From: an uncultured Actinomycetes bacterium
GTDB lineage: Bacteria > Actinomycetota > Thermoleophilia > Gaiellales > Gaiellaceae
Assembly (NCBI GenBank): GCA_963821335.1
Contig: CAWGDJ010000002.1
Location: 517,442-581,441, forward strand
Length of the DNA stretch: 64,000 nucleotides
Direction: 5' to 3'
Position 1 is the stretch's first letter, and every line of letters starts with the position of its first letter. Under the pieces are notes generated by a model, which was not told the DNA's origin, did not search any database, and saw only the letters and a list, made by a program, of their open reading frames with translations. Shown in pieces: positions 38,536-47,452 of this stretch. The translations under genes and the position numbers were made by a program.

Positions 38536-39056
38536 CTACCCGAAGATGTGCTCGAGCCCGAGGACCGGCTCCTCGAGTCGAGTGAAGCGGCTGTACACGT
38601 AGCCGAGCGCGTCACCGCTGCGATAGTCGAGCTCGACCACCTCGCCGAGGTACAGCGTGTGATCGCCGCCGTCGTACGCGCTCCACGGACGACAGTCGAA
38701 TGTCGCGAGAGCACCCGCGAGCCGAGGTGTCGCCGCTCCCGTCGACCCACGTGCACACGGTCTGGATGTGGGTCGCCCGAGAAGTGTCGCGCGACGGGCT
38801 CCTGCTCGGCGCCGAGCACGTTGACCACGAACGGTGCCCGCTCGAGCAGCCGGTGCCCTCGAGCGCGCTTGCCGATCGAGACGAGGACGAGCGGAGGGTC
38901 GAGCGAGACGGCGGTGAACGCGTTGACGGTCAGGCCGTGCGGCCCGTCGTCGCCCGCGACCGTGACGACGCACACACCCGTGCCGAACCGGCCGAGCGCG
39001 CAGCGCAGGCGGCCGGTGTCGACGCTCGCGGTCGTCACGCTTTCCCAGCTGGTCAT
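38536..39056 (-). CDS. hpaC: Flavin reductase (frameshift near 38745)
   Basis: LGRFGTGVCVV, GLTVNAFTAVSLDPPLVLVSI, then YDGGDHTLYLGEV in another frame. Confidence 0.82.
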
Positions 39057-39107
39057 GCGTCCCTCCGTCGGGCTGGCGTGCTGCAGAGGTCGCGATCCTA
39101 GCACCGA

Positions 39108-39130
39108 TATTCGTACGATGCGTACGAATA
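39108..39130. promoter_or_regulatory. Perfect palindromic operator TATTCGTACG-ATG-CGTACGAATA between hpaC and IclR
   Basis: 10-bp arms, flanked by -10-like TAGGAT (minus strand) and TACGCT-N6-ATG (plus strand). Confidence 0.8.
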
Positions 39131-39145
39131 GCGTACGCTGGTTGG

Positions 39146-39829
39146 ATGGCGAGACACGAGGCGCCGGCCGGTCACTCGCAGACACTCGACCGCGGGCTCC
39201 GCCTGCTCGACGTGCTGGCGAACGAGCCCGACGGCCTGTCCGTCACCGAGCTCGCCGCCGAGCTCGACACCCATCGCGCAGGGACCTACCGGTTGCTCGG
39301 GCCCGCTCGTCGCCCACCGTCTCGTCGTCCGCGGCGCACGGGGCGATACACGCTCGGGCTCGGTCTCCTCGAGCTGGCGAGCTCCGTTCGCTCGCGGCTG
39401 CAGGAGGTTGCGGTCCCCGAGCTGCGTCTGCTCGCCGACGAGCTGCAGGCGACCACCGCGCTGACGATCCGGGACGGTGACGAAGCGGTCGTCGCCGCCG
39501 TCGTCCAGCCGAGCGGGACCGCGATGCACGTCGCCTATCGCCCAGGTCTGCGCCATCGGGTCGACCGCGCTGCGCCCGGGCTCGCGATCCTCGCCGGCGC
39601 GCCCGCCCTCCCCGGTGAGAGACCCGAGGTCGAGCTCGCCCGGGAACGCGGTTGGGCCCTGACGACCGGCGAGCTCCTGCCCGGTGCAACGGGTGTCGCG
39701 GCCCCGATCGTCACGGCGGGACGCGACGCCGAGGCGAGCATCAGCGCCGTCTGGGTCGACCCTCGTGATCCGGCGGCGATGGCGGCCCCTGTGGTTCGCA
39801 CCGCCCGGACGATCGCCGGCGCCCTCTGA
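39146..39829 (+). CDS. IclR-family regulator of the hpa genes (probable compensating indel pair near 39300-39340)
   Basis: SQTLDRGLRLL, YTLGLGL, GELLPGATGVAAP. A short garbled stretch reads LVAHRLVVR in the alternate frame. Confidence 0.85.
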   Translation: MARHEAPAGHSQTLDRGLRLLDVLANEPDGLSVTELAAELDTHRAGTYRLLGPARRPPSRRPRRTGRYTLGLGLLELASSVRSRLQEVAVPELRLLADELQATTALTIRDGDEAVVAAVVQPSGTAMHVAYRPGLRHRVDRAAPGLAILAGAPALPGERPEVELARERGWALTTGELLPGATGVAAPIVTAGRDAEASISAVWVDPRDPAAMAAPVVRTARTIAGAL

Positions 39830-39864
39830 CCGTGACCGGACAGCGACCCGATACGATCGGCGCG

Positions 39865-41287
39865 ATGGGGATACCGACCCCGACGAAGGTCATCGGCGTC
39901 CACGTCAACTACCGCAGCCGCGCGGAGCAACGCGGCAGCACACCGGCCGTTCCCTCGTACTTCCTCAAGCCGCCGTCGTCCATCGCCGCCGACGGCGACG
40001 AAGTCGCGCGACCCCGGGGGACCGAGCTGCTCGCCTTCGAGGGGGAGATCGCGATCGTCATCGGTCGTCGCGCGCGGCGCGTCACCCCGGCGCGCGGCCT
40101 GGGGCACGTCGGCTGGGTCGCGCCTGCGAACGACTTCGGTCTCTACGACTTCCGCTGGGTCGACCGGGGCTCGAACGTGCTCGCGAAGGGGCACGACGGC
40201 TTCACCCCCATCGGGCCGATGGCCCCCATCGCCGATGTCGACCCCGATGCGCTCGTGCTCCGCACGCGGGTCAACGGCGAGCTCGTGCAGGAGGACTCGA
40301 GCGCCAACCTGCTCTTCGGGTTCGGGCTGCTCGTCGCCGACCTGTCGCGCTTCATCACGCTCGAGCCGGGCGACGTGATCCTCACCGGAACGCCCGCCGG
40401 GTCCCGACCCGTCGAGCCGGGGGACGTCGTCGAGGTCGAGCTCGAAGGGGTCGGACGCGTTCGCAACACGATCGTCGAGGCCCCACGGCGGATTCCCGCG
40501 TTTGGCGCGCAGCCGCGGGTGTCGCCCGCCGTCCGCGCCGCCGCGCACGGTCTCAACGCACCGCGCCCGGTCACGCTCTCCGACGACGCGAAGACCACGC
40601 TGCGCGATCGTGTCGACGGCGACGCTCACGTCGCAGCTCCGGCGTCACGGCATCCGGAACACGTTCCTCGGCGGCCTCCGGCCCACACGACCGGACCTCC
40701 GCCTGCTCGGGTACGCCCACACGTTGCGGTACGTCCCATTGCGCGAGGACATCACCGACAGCGGCGAGCTCAACGCGCAGAAGCGTGCGGTCGAGTCGAT
40801 CGGGCCCGACGACGTGCTCGTGATCGACGCCCGGGGGGAGGCCGGCGCCGGCACGATCGGCGACATCCTCGCCGCCCGCGTGCTGGCCCGCGGCGGAGCC
40901 GGGATCGTCACCGACGGCGGCCTCCGCGACAGCCCGGCCGTGACCGGGCTCGAGATCCCGACCTACTACCGCGCACCGCACGCGAACGTGCTCGGGCTCC
41001 TCCACCACCCGCTCGAGTCGAACGTGCCGATCGCCTGCGCGGGGACGCTCGTCGTCCCCGGCGACGTCCTCGTCGGCGACGCCGAGGGCGTCGTCGTCCT
41101 TCCGGCCGCCCTCGCCGAGCAGGTCGCCCGCGACGCGCTCGCACAGGAGCTGCGCGAGGAGTGGGCGCTCGAGCGCGTGCAGGCGGGGGACTCCACCGTC
41201 GGCACGTTCCCTCTCGCAGACGACCGCAGGGCGGAGTTCGAAGCGTGGCTTGCGGCACGGAACCGAGAACAGGGAGGGAAGCGATGA
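39865..41287 (+). CDS. HpaG-like fumarylacetoacetate-hydrolase domain fused to an RraA-family domain (frameshift near 40607)
   Basis: PSYFLKP, FEGEIA, TLEPGDVILTGTP, then VSTATLTSQL, GTIGDILA, DGGLRD, PGDVLVGDAEG. Leaderless TACGAT-N7-ATG. Confidence 0.8.
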
Positions 41288-42226
41288 GGTTCCGGTCCGA
41301 CCCGTCGCAGGTCAGAGGCTCGATCGCACCGGTCGTGACGCCGTTCGACGCAGAGGGAGAAGTCGACCTCGCGGCGCTCGAACGGCTCGTCCAGTGGCAG
41401 CTCGAGCACGGAAGCCACGGCATCTCGGTGCTGGGCTCGACCGGCGAGCCGAGCTCGCAGAGCGTCGCGGAACGCATCCAGGTGATCGAGACGACCGCGC
41501 GGGCGGTTGCGGATCGTGTGCCGTTCTTCCCCGGCACGGGCTCGACGCACCTCGGCGAGACGCTCGAGGTGACTGCCGCGGCCCGGGACGCCGGCGCCGA
41601 CGCGGTGCTCGTGATCACGCCGTACTACAGCCGACCGACCCAGGAGGCGCTCTTCGACTGGTACTCGACCGTCGCCCGCGAGTTCCCCGATCTCCCGATC
41701 GTCGTCTACAACGTCCCGGTCAGGACCGCGATCGACATCGCGCCCGCGACCGTGGGCCGGCTACGGCGCGCACACGACAACATCGTCGGCATCAAGGAGA
41801 CGACGCGGGACTTCGAGCACGGCTCGCACGTCCTCCACGAGTGCGGGCGCGACTTCCTCGTCTACTGCGGGATCGAGCTGCTCTGCTACCCGATGCTCAC
41901 GATCGGCGGCGTCGGCCACCTGAGCTGCGTGGCGAACCTCGACCCGCGCTCGTGCGCGGGTCTCTACGACGCTTTCGTCGCGGGCGATCATGCCGAGGCG
42001 CTCCGGCTCCACTACGCGCTGCATCCGCTCGTCGAGCTCGCGTTCGTCGAGACGAATCCCGGCCCGGTCAAGTGGGCGATGGAGCAGCTCGGGCTGCTGG
42101 CCTGCGGAGACGTCCGGCCGCCGCTCGGCTCGCCGACCGAGGGGAGCCGGGAGCGCATCGCAGGCGATCCTCGACCGGACATCGCTGCCCGCCCCCGGCT
42201 CGGGCCCGTCGGTCGCCGCGACCTGA
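41284..42226 (+). CDS. hpaI: DapA-family 2,4-dihydroxyhept-2-enedioate aldolase (HpaI type; indel near 42160)
   Basis: RGSIAPVVTPF, GSTGEP, YNVPVRT, GIKET, ETNPGP. The shifted frame stops at 42226, just before a hairpin. Confidence 0.78.
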
Positions 42227-42232
42227 AGTCGG

Positions 42233-42266
42233 CTGTGGGCAGGACCGGATCCGGCCCTGCCCACAG
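42233..42266. terminator. Hairpin between convergent genes (probable bidirectional terminator)
   Basis: CTGTGGGCAGG...CCTGCCCACAG, an 11-bp perfect stem. Confidence 0.7.
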
Positions 42267-42274
42267 ACGCGTGT

Positions 42275-43537
42275 CTAGCCGACCGTCAGCGTGCGCTTGA
42301 CGCTCGGGCGACCGCTCGAGCTGTACCGGTACTTCCCCTTTGCCAGGGTCACCGGCCAGGTGCTGCGACCGGTGCCGGTGAGGCTCGTCTGCTTGGCAAC
42401 TCCCGGCCCGACGAATCGGAAGTTCTGCGTGCTCGACGAGTCGGTCACCACGATCGTGTACTTGCCGGGCCTGACCTCCGTGAGGATCTGACCGTCGAGG
42501 CGAAGCGTGATGAAGCCGTCCGTGACCGTTCCCTGGAGCGTCTTGCCGCCCTCGATCGAGCTCGGCACGAGCAGCGTGAAGTTCGGCAAGGAGGAGATCG
42601 CCCCGTATTGCTTCGCGTACTGCGCCAGCTTGAGCAGCTGCGCCCGGTCGACGATCGTCGTCCAGATCGGCAGCCGGACGTTGGCCGCGAGCGGCGGGGT
42701 CAGCTCCCTGATCTCAGCCGAATGTCCTTGTGCGTACGCGAGAGACTGGTTCATGGCAGTGCGGAACCGCTTCGCGAGGTCGGGGTTCGCTGCCATCCAG
42801 TCGGTGCGGGCGAAGTAGCCGCCGATCGGGAAGTACTTTCCGAGCACCGGCCCGGGCGCCATCAGATCGCGTGCGCCGTCGAGGTTGATCGCCTGCGACA
42901 GGAACGGCTCCGGCGTCCAGATCGCGTCGACTTGACCGTTTGCGAGGGCGGTTCGCATCGCCGGGAACGGCAACGGAAGGAGCTTGACCGAGCCCGAGTC
43001 GACCCCTGCCTTGTCGAGCGCGGCACGGATCATCACTTCGCCCACTCCCTTGAGTGCGTTGACCGCGATCGTCTTCCCCGCGAGGTCGGCGGGTGTCCGG
43101 ATCGAGCTGGAGCCCTTGACGAGGATGTTCTGCCAGTTGTCGGTGAGCGACGTCCCCTCGACCTCGCTCGCGGTGACGGTCGTGACGGGGACGCCATTCG
43201 TCCGCGCGATCATCGCCGGTACCCAGCCGGCGAACCCGATGTCCGTCTTGCTGTTCGCGAGCGCGAGGACGATGTCGTTGCCGCTCTGCAGGATCGTCTT
43301 CTTGATCTCGATGTTCTGTTGCTCGAAGAACCCCTTCTTGATCCCGAGGTCGAGTGGGCGCGTATTGGTGATCGGGATCACGGCAACCGTGATCGGGTCG
43401 AGCAACGCCCGGTCGGTCGACGCGCCAGCGGTCGCGCCACCGAACATCGCCGCGGCGAACGCACAGAGCGCGCCGAGCACGAGCAGATACCTGGGTGCGC
43501 GACCTGCGGTTCGGGTCGTGCGTCTGCGATCGGCCAT
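42275..43537 (-). CDS. SsuA/NMT1-type ABC substrate-binding protein with a C-terminal cupredoxin-like domain
   Basis: Signal peptide, KKGFF, DLAGKTIAVN, GQVDAIWTPEPF, plus a roughly 90-aa beta-rich tail. Confidence 0.82.
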   Translation of the reverse strand: MADRRRTTRTAGRAPRYLLVLGALCAFAAAMFGGATAGASTDRALLDPITVAVIPITNTRPLDLGIKKGFFEQQNIEIKKTILQSGNDIVLALANSKTDIGFAGWVPAMIARTNGVPVTTVTASEVEGTSLTDNWQNILVKGSSSIRTPADLAGKTIAVNALKGVGEVMIRAALDKAGVDSGSVKLLPLPFPAMRTALANGQVDAIWTPEPFLSQAINLDGARDLMAPGPVLGKYFPIGGYFARTDWMAANPDLAKRFRTAMNQSLAYAQGHSAEIRELTPPLAANVRLPIWTTIVDRAQLLKLAQYAKQYGAISSLPNFTLLVPSSIEGGKTLQGTVTDGFITLRLDGQILTEVRPGKYTIVVTDSSSTQNFRFVGPGVAKQTSLTGTGRSTWPVTLAKGKYRYSSSGRPSVKRTLTVG

Positions 43538-43549
43538 CCTATTTCCCTC

Positions 43550-44371
43550 CTACTCGTGGGACTGACGAGACGGGTCGCCGGCCGGTACCGGCGCTTCGAG
43601 AACCGGATCGGGGACATCACGCTTGATCAGCCGATAGATGTGCGCGCGTAGCCGGATGAACTCCGACAGCTCCTTGGTCGCCAGCTGATCCCGCTGGGCG
43701 GGCAGGTCGACCGCGACGATCTCCTTGACCTCGGTGGGCGCATGGGTCAGCACGACGACCCGATCCGCAAGGTAGACGGACTCGTCGATGTCGTGTGTGA
43801 CGAACAGGATCGTGATCCCATGGTCTTCCCTGACCTGCAGGATCAGGTCCTCGAGATCGGCTCGCGTCTGTGCGTCGACCGACGCAAACGGCTCGTCCAT
43901 CAGCAGCACGGACGGCTGATACGCGAGCGCCCGCGCAATGGCAACGCGCTGCTGCATGCCACCCGAGAGTTGCCAGGGGTAGTGGTCGACGAAGCGACCC
44001 AGGCCAACCTCGTCGAGGGACACCTCGACGAGTCGTGCGCGCTCCGCCTTCGGCAACGACTTGTGGCGAAGCGGAAGCAGCACGTTGTTCCTCACCGTCG
44101 CCCAGGGCATCAGCGACCGGTTGTACTCCTGGAAGACGAGTGCCATCTCCGCCGGAGGCGCGGTCACCTCGGCGCCGTCGAGGACCACGGCCCCGCGGCT
44201 CGGGCGCATCAGCCCGGCGATGCACTTGAGCAATGTCGTCTTCCCACACCCTGACGGCCCGACGACACACACCAACTCGCGTTCGGCGACGGTGAACGAC
44301 ACGCGACGGATTGCCTCGAACGCCGACCCGCCCTCGCCGTAGCTCTTGCCGATGTCGACGATCTCGAGCAC
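43550..44371 (-). CDS. NitT/TauT-family ABC ATPase
   Basis: GPSGCGKTT, LSGGMQQR, MDEPF, VTHD. Confidence 0.92.
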   Translation of the reverse strand: MLEIVDIGKSYGEGGSAFEAIRRVSFTVAERELVCVVGPSGCGKTTLLKCIAGLMRPSRGAVVLDGAEVTAPPAEMALVFQEYNRSLMPWATVRNNVLLPLRHKSLPKAERARLVEVSLDEVGLGRFVDHYPWQLSGGMQQRVAIARALAYQPSVLLMDEPFASVDAQTRADLEDLILQVREDHGITILFVTHDIDESVYLADRVVVLTHAPTEVKEIVAVDLPAQRDQLATKELSEFIRLRAHIYRLIKRDVPDPVLEAPVPAGDPSRQSHE

Positions 44372-44381
44372 GCCGTCCTCT

Positions 44382-45170
44382 CTACTGCGACGCGGCTGCT
44401 TGTCGCCAGCCGCGGTGCCAAGCGAGAAAGCGCCGCTCGGCGAGCAGGTATGCCAGGTTGAGGAGGTACCCGACCAGCCCGATCAGCAGGATCGCCGCCC
44501 ACATCGGCCCCATCTGGAGGGTGTTCTTCGAGATCAGCAGGACGTACCCGATGCCGTTGGTACTCGAGAAGTACTCGCTGACGACCATGATGATCACCGC
44601 GAGCGAGAGGCTCGTCCGCATGCCGGCCGAGATCTGCGGCAACGCCGCGGGAAACACGATCTTCCGCACGAAGTCCCGGTGCGAGACGCCGTACGACCGG
44701 GCCGTGTCGGCCAGCGTCGGGTCGAGGCCGCGCACGCCGTCGATCGTGTTGAGCAGCACGGGAAAGAGGCAGAAGAACGCGATCAACGTCACCTTCTGGA
44801 GATCGCCGATCGAATGAAGCAGGATGATCGAGATCGGCAGGAGTGCCGGCGGCGGCATCGCCCGCCAGTACTCGATGTGCGGCATCGCGAAGCGTCGCGC
44901 CCAGACCGAGAGCCCGAGCGGGATGCCGATGAGGATCCCGAGCGCCGCGCCGATGCCGAACCCGACGAGGATCCGCATCAGGCTCGGAACGACGTCGGAT
45001 CGGAACTGGGCGAAGAGCCAGAGCTCCCTGAACTCCTGCAGGATCGTGGTCGGCGGCGGGAAGTACTGGTTGTCGGCGTTCGTCGCCCAGAGCTGCCAGC
45101 CGGCCACGATCGCGACGGGCACTGCGATCTCCGCCCCGAGCTTCGCGGCCCTGACGGTCGAGCGGCTCAC
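44382..45170 (-). CDS. NitT/TauT-family ABC permease
   Basis: PPPALLP, LNTIDGVR, PAALPQISAGMR. Confidence 0.88.
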   Translation of the reverse strand: MSRSTVRAAKLGAEIAVPVAIVAGWQLWATNADNQYFPPPTTILQEFRELWLFAQFRSDVVPSLMRILVGFGIGAALGILIGIPLGLSVWARRFAMPHIEYWRAMPPPALLPISIILLHSIGDLQKVTLIAFFCLFPVLLNTIDGVRGLDPTLADTARSYGVSHRDFVRKIVFPAALPQISAGMRTSLSLAVIIMVVSEYFSSTNGIGYVLLISKNTLQMGPMWAAILLIGLVGYLLNLAYLLAERRFLAWHRGWRQAAASQ

Positions 45171-46030
45171 AGGCTCGGCGCCCGTTGCGAGGGGTGCCAG
45201 CGAAGGAGCCGCCGCTCGAGCACGGTCAGGGCGACGTACGTCGTGAGCCCGAGCACACCGGTCGCGAGCGCGAGCGCGTAGACGTCCGTCGTGAGGCCGT
45301 ACGACTGCGCGATGTTCAGCTCCTGCCCGAGCCCCGGCGTCCCCATGAACAGCTCGGCCGTGAAGGCGAGGATGAGCGCGACGGCGGATGCGATCCGCAG
45401 CCCCGTGACGATGTACGGGACTGCGCTCGGCAGCGTGACGCGCCACAGCTGCTCGGAACGCCGGAGCCCGAACGATCTCGCCGTGTCGGTCGCGACCGGG
45501 TCGACGTCATGCACGCCGTACATCGTCTGAACGAGGAGCGGCCAGAACGCGCCGAAGGCCGCGAGAAAGACCTCGCTCCTGAGACTCGTGCCGAGCGTGA
45601 GGAACAGGAGCGGGATCAGCACCGCCGAGGGGATCGGGCGGAGAAACTCGATCGGGACCCTGAACGCTCGAGCGGCGAAGTCACTGATGCCGAGCACGAT
45701 CCCCAGTGGCACCGCGAGCGCCGTCGCGATCGCAAGCCCGAGCGCCCAACCGCGGACCGTGCTGGCGAAGGCACCCCAGAAGTCGCGGGTCTGGACGAGT
45801 GATCCGAGTCGGTCGACCACCGTCGTCATGGCGGGCAACTCCGTCTCGGAGATCGCTCCGGAGCGAGAGACTGCTTCCCACGCCGCGAGTGCCAGCAGCC
45901 ACGACCCGACGAACACGAGCACGCCGATCCCCTTGCCCGACCCGAGCCCGGGCATGCCGCTGCCGGTCCCGGGCGGTGCAGCTGGAAATGGGTCGGGTGC
46001 GCCGATCCGATCGACGCCCCCGTCGTTCAT
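45167..46030 (-). CDS. NitT/TauT-family ABC permease
   Basis: EFLRPIPS, TARSFG, LPSAVPYIVTGLR. Start position uncertain. Confidence 0.85.
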   Translation of the reverse strand: MNDGGVDRIGAPDPFPAAPPGTGSGMPGLGSGKGIGVLVFVGSWLLALAAWEAVSRSGAISETELPAMTTVVDRLGSLVQTRDFWGAFASTVRGWALGLAIATALAVPLGIVLGISDFAARAFRVPIEFLRPIPSAVLIPLLFLTLGTSLRSEVFLAAFGAFWPLLVQTMYGVHDVDPVATDTARSFGLRRSEQLWRVTLPSAVPYIVTGLRIASAVALILAFTAELFMGTPGLGQELNIAQSYGLTTDVYALALATGVLGLTTYVALTVLERRLLRWHPSQRAPSL

Positions 46031-46145
46031 CGACGAGCGCTCCGCGGAAGGCTCGTACTCCCGGAGTGCCTTGCGCACCGGCGTTCGAAGCCGTGTGCAC
46101 GAGCGCGTTCACGACATCCTCGGGTTGTCCCTGGCACGCAGGACG

Positions 46146-46198
46146 ACGCTACGACGGGATACGTCTGTCTGTCAAGACGTCGTTCTCGTATCTGGAAC
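46146..46198 (-). promoter_or_regulatory. SigA-type promoter and shared operator (site D) for the NitT/TauT transporter
   Basis: Minus strand reads GTTCCAGATACGAGAACGACGTC-TTGACA-N18-TAGCGT. Confidence 0.7.
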
Positions 46199-46248
46199 TG
46201 CGGCGGCGGGGAAGCCGACCCGACGCGCGCATCACGCGAGCCGCCGCC

Positions 46249-47373
46249 TCAACGACCCCAGATCTCGTCTGCGGTCTCGACGACGAGCTCCAGCTTCGCC
46301 CGCTGCTCGTCGACGGTGAGCGTGTTGCCCTCGGCGGTCGACGAGAACCCGCACTGCGGCGACAGGCAGAGCTGATCGAGCGGCGCGAACTGGCTTGCCT
46401 CCTCGACTCGCCGCAGAAGCGTGTCCCTCGACTCCAGCGTGCCGCGCTTCGTCGTGACGAGGCCGAGCACGACCTGCTTGGGCCCCTTTGGCAGGAAGCG
46501 CAGCGGCTCGAACCCGCCCGAGCGATCGTCGTCCCACTCCATGAAGTACCCGTCGACCTCGAGCTCGTGGAAGAGAGCCTCGGCGACGTGGTCGTAGCCG
46601 CCCTGGGCGACCCAGGACGAGCGGAAGTTGCCGCGGCACATGTGGGTCGTGACCGACATGCCTTCGGGGCGCCCGGCGAGCGCCTCGTTGAGGTGGTGGA
46701 TGTACTCGACGTGCTGCTGGTCGGGGTCACCGCCGAGCGAGGCGACATGCCGGCGCTGGTCGGGGTCGTTGAGGTACGCGAGGCTGACGTCGTCGAGCTG
46801 GAGGTAGGTGCATCCGAGCTCGAACAGGCGCCGAACCTCCTCCCGGTACGCAGCGGTCAGGTCGGCCCAGAAGAGGCCGAGGTCGGGGTACACCGTCTCG
46901 TCGATCGCGGCGCGCCCCCCGCGGTAGTGGACCATGCTCGGCGAGGGGATCGTGAGCTTCGGCACCGCGGTCGTCGTGCAGCTCTGGAGGAAGGTGAAGG
47001 CGTCGCCGAAGATCGTGTGCGAGAGGCTCACCTTCCCGTCGACGTGCGCGGCGGCGGCCATGAACTCGATGTCGCCGTCGGCGTTGTGGAAGGAGACCCG
47101 CATCTTGTCGTCGGCCGTGTGGATGCCCTCGAGCTCATAGATGAAGTCCATGTGCCACGAGCCACGGCGGAGCTCACCGTCAGTTGCGCAGCGCAGGCCG
47201 ACGTCCTCCTGGAGTCGAACCGCGTCCCGGATCGCGTCGTCCTCGACGGCGCGCAGCCGGTCGGCGTCGATGCGACCCTCGGCGTGGGCCGCGCGTGCCT
47301 CAGCGAGCCCTGGTGGGCGTAGCAGGCTGCCGACGTGATCCGCGCGGAACGGAGGTGTCACACGAGATGCCAT
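46249..47373 (-). CDS. Single-barrel cobalamin-independent methionine synthase-like protein (MetE C-terminal domain only)
   Basis: RADHVGSLLRP, TDGELRR, THMCRGN, FMEWD, SPQCGF (Zn ligands). Confidence 0.88.
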   Translation of the reverse strand: MASRVTPPFRADHVGSLLRPPGLAEARAAHAEGRIDADRLRAVEDDAIRDAVRLQEDVGLRCATDGELRRGSWHMDFIYELEGIHTADDKMRVSFHNADGDIEFMAAAAHVDGKVSLSHTIFGDAFTFLQSCTTTAVPKLTIPSPSMVHYRGGRAAIDETVYPDLGLFWADLTAAYREEVRRLFELGCTYLQLDDVSLAYLNDPDQRRHVASLGGDPDQQHVEYIHHLNEALAGRPEGMSVTTHMCRGNFRSSWVAQGGYDHVAEALFHELEVDGYFMEWDDDRSGGFEPLRFLPKGPKQVVLGLVTTKRGTLESRDTLLRRVEEASQFAPLDQLCLSPQCGFSSTAEGNTLTVDEQRAKLELVVETADEIWGR

Positions 47374-47452
47374 GGTCATCCCTCCCCGGCAGCAACGCCG
47401 CCGCTCGAATCAGAAACCAGAACGGTGGTTCTATATCATCACAGCTCCTCTC

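Noticed and set aside
41284-42226. Housekeeping dapA for lysine synthesis
   Set aside because: The GSTGEP and GIKET variants and the hpa context point to the HpaI-type aldolase.
39832-42300. 822-aa FAH-DapA giant fusion
   Set aside because: Artefact of the indel near 40607. The middle part is out-of-frame RraA sequence, and the aldolase has its own RBS and ATG at 41284.
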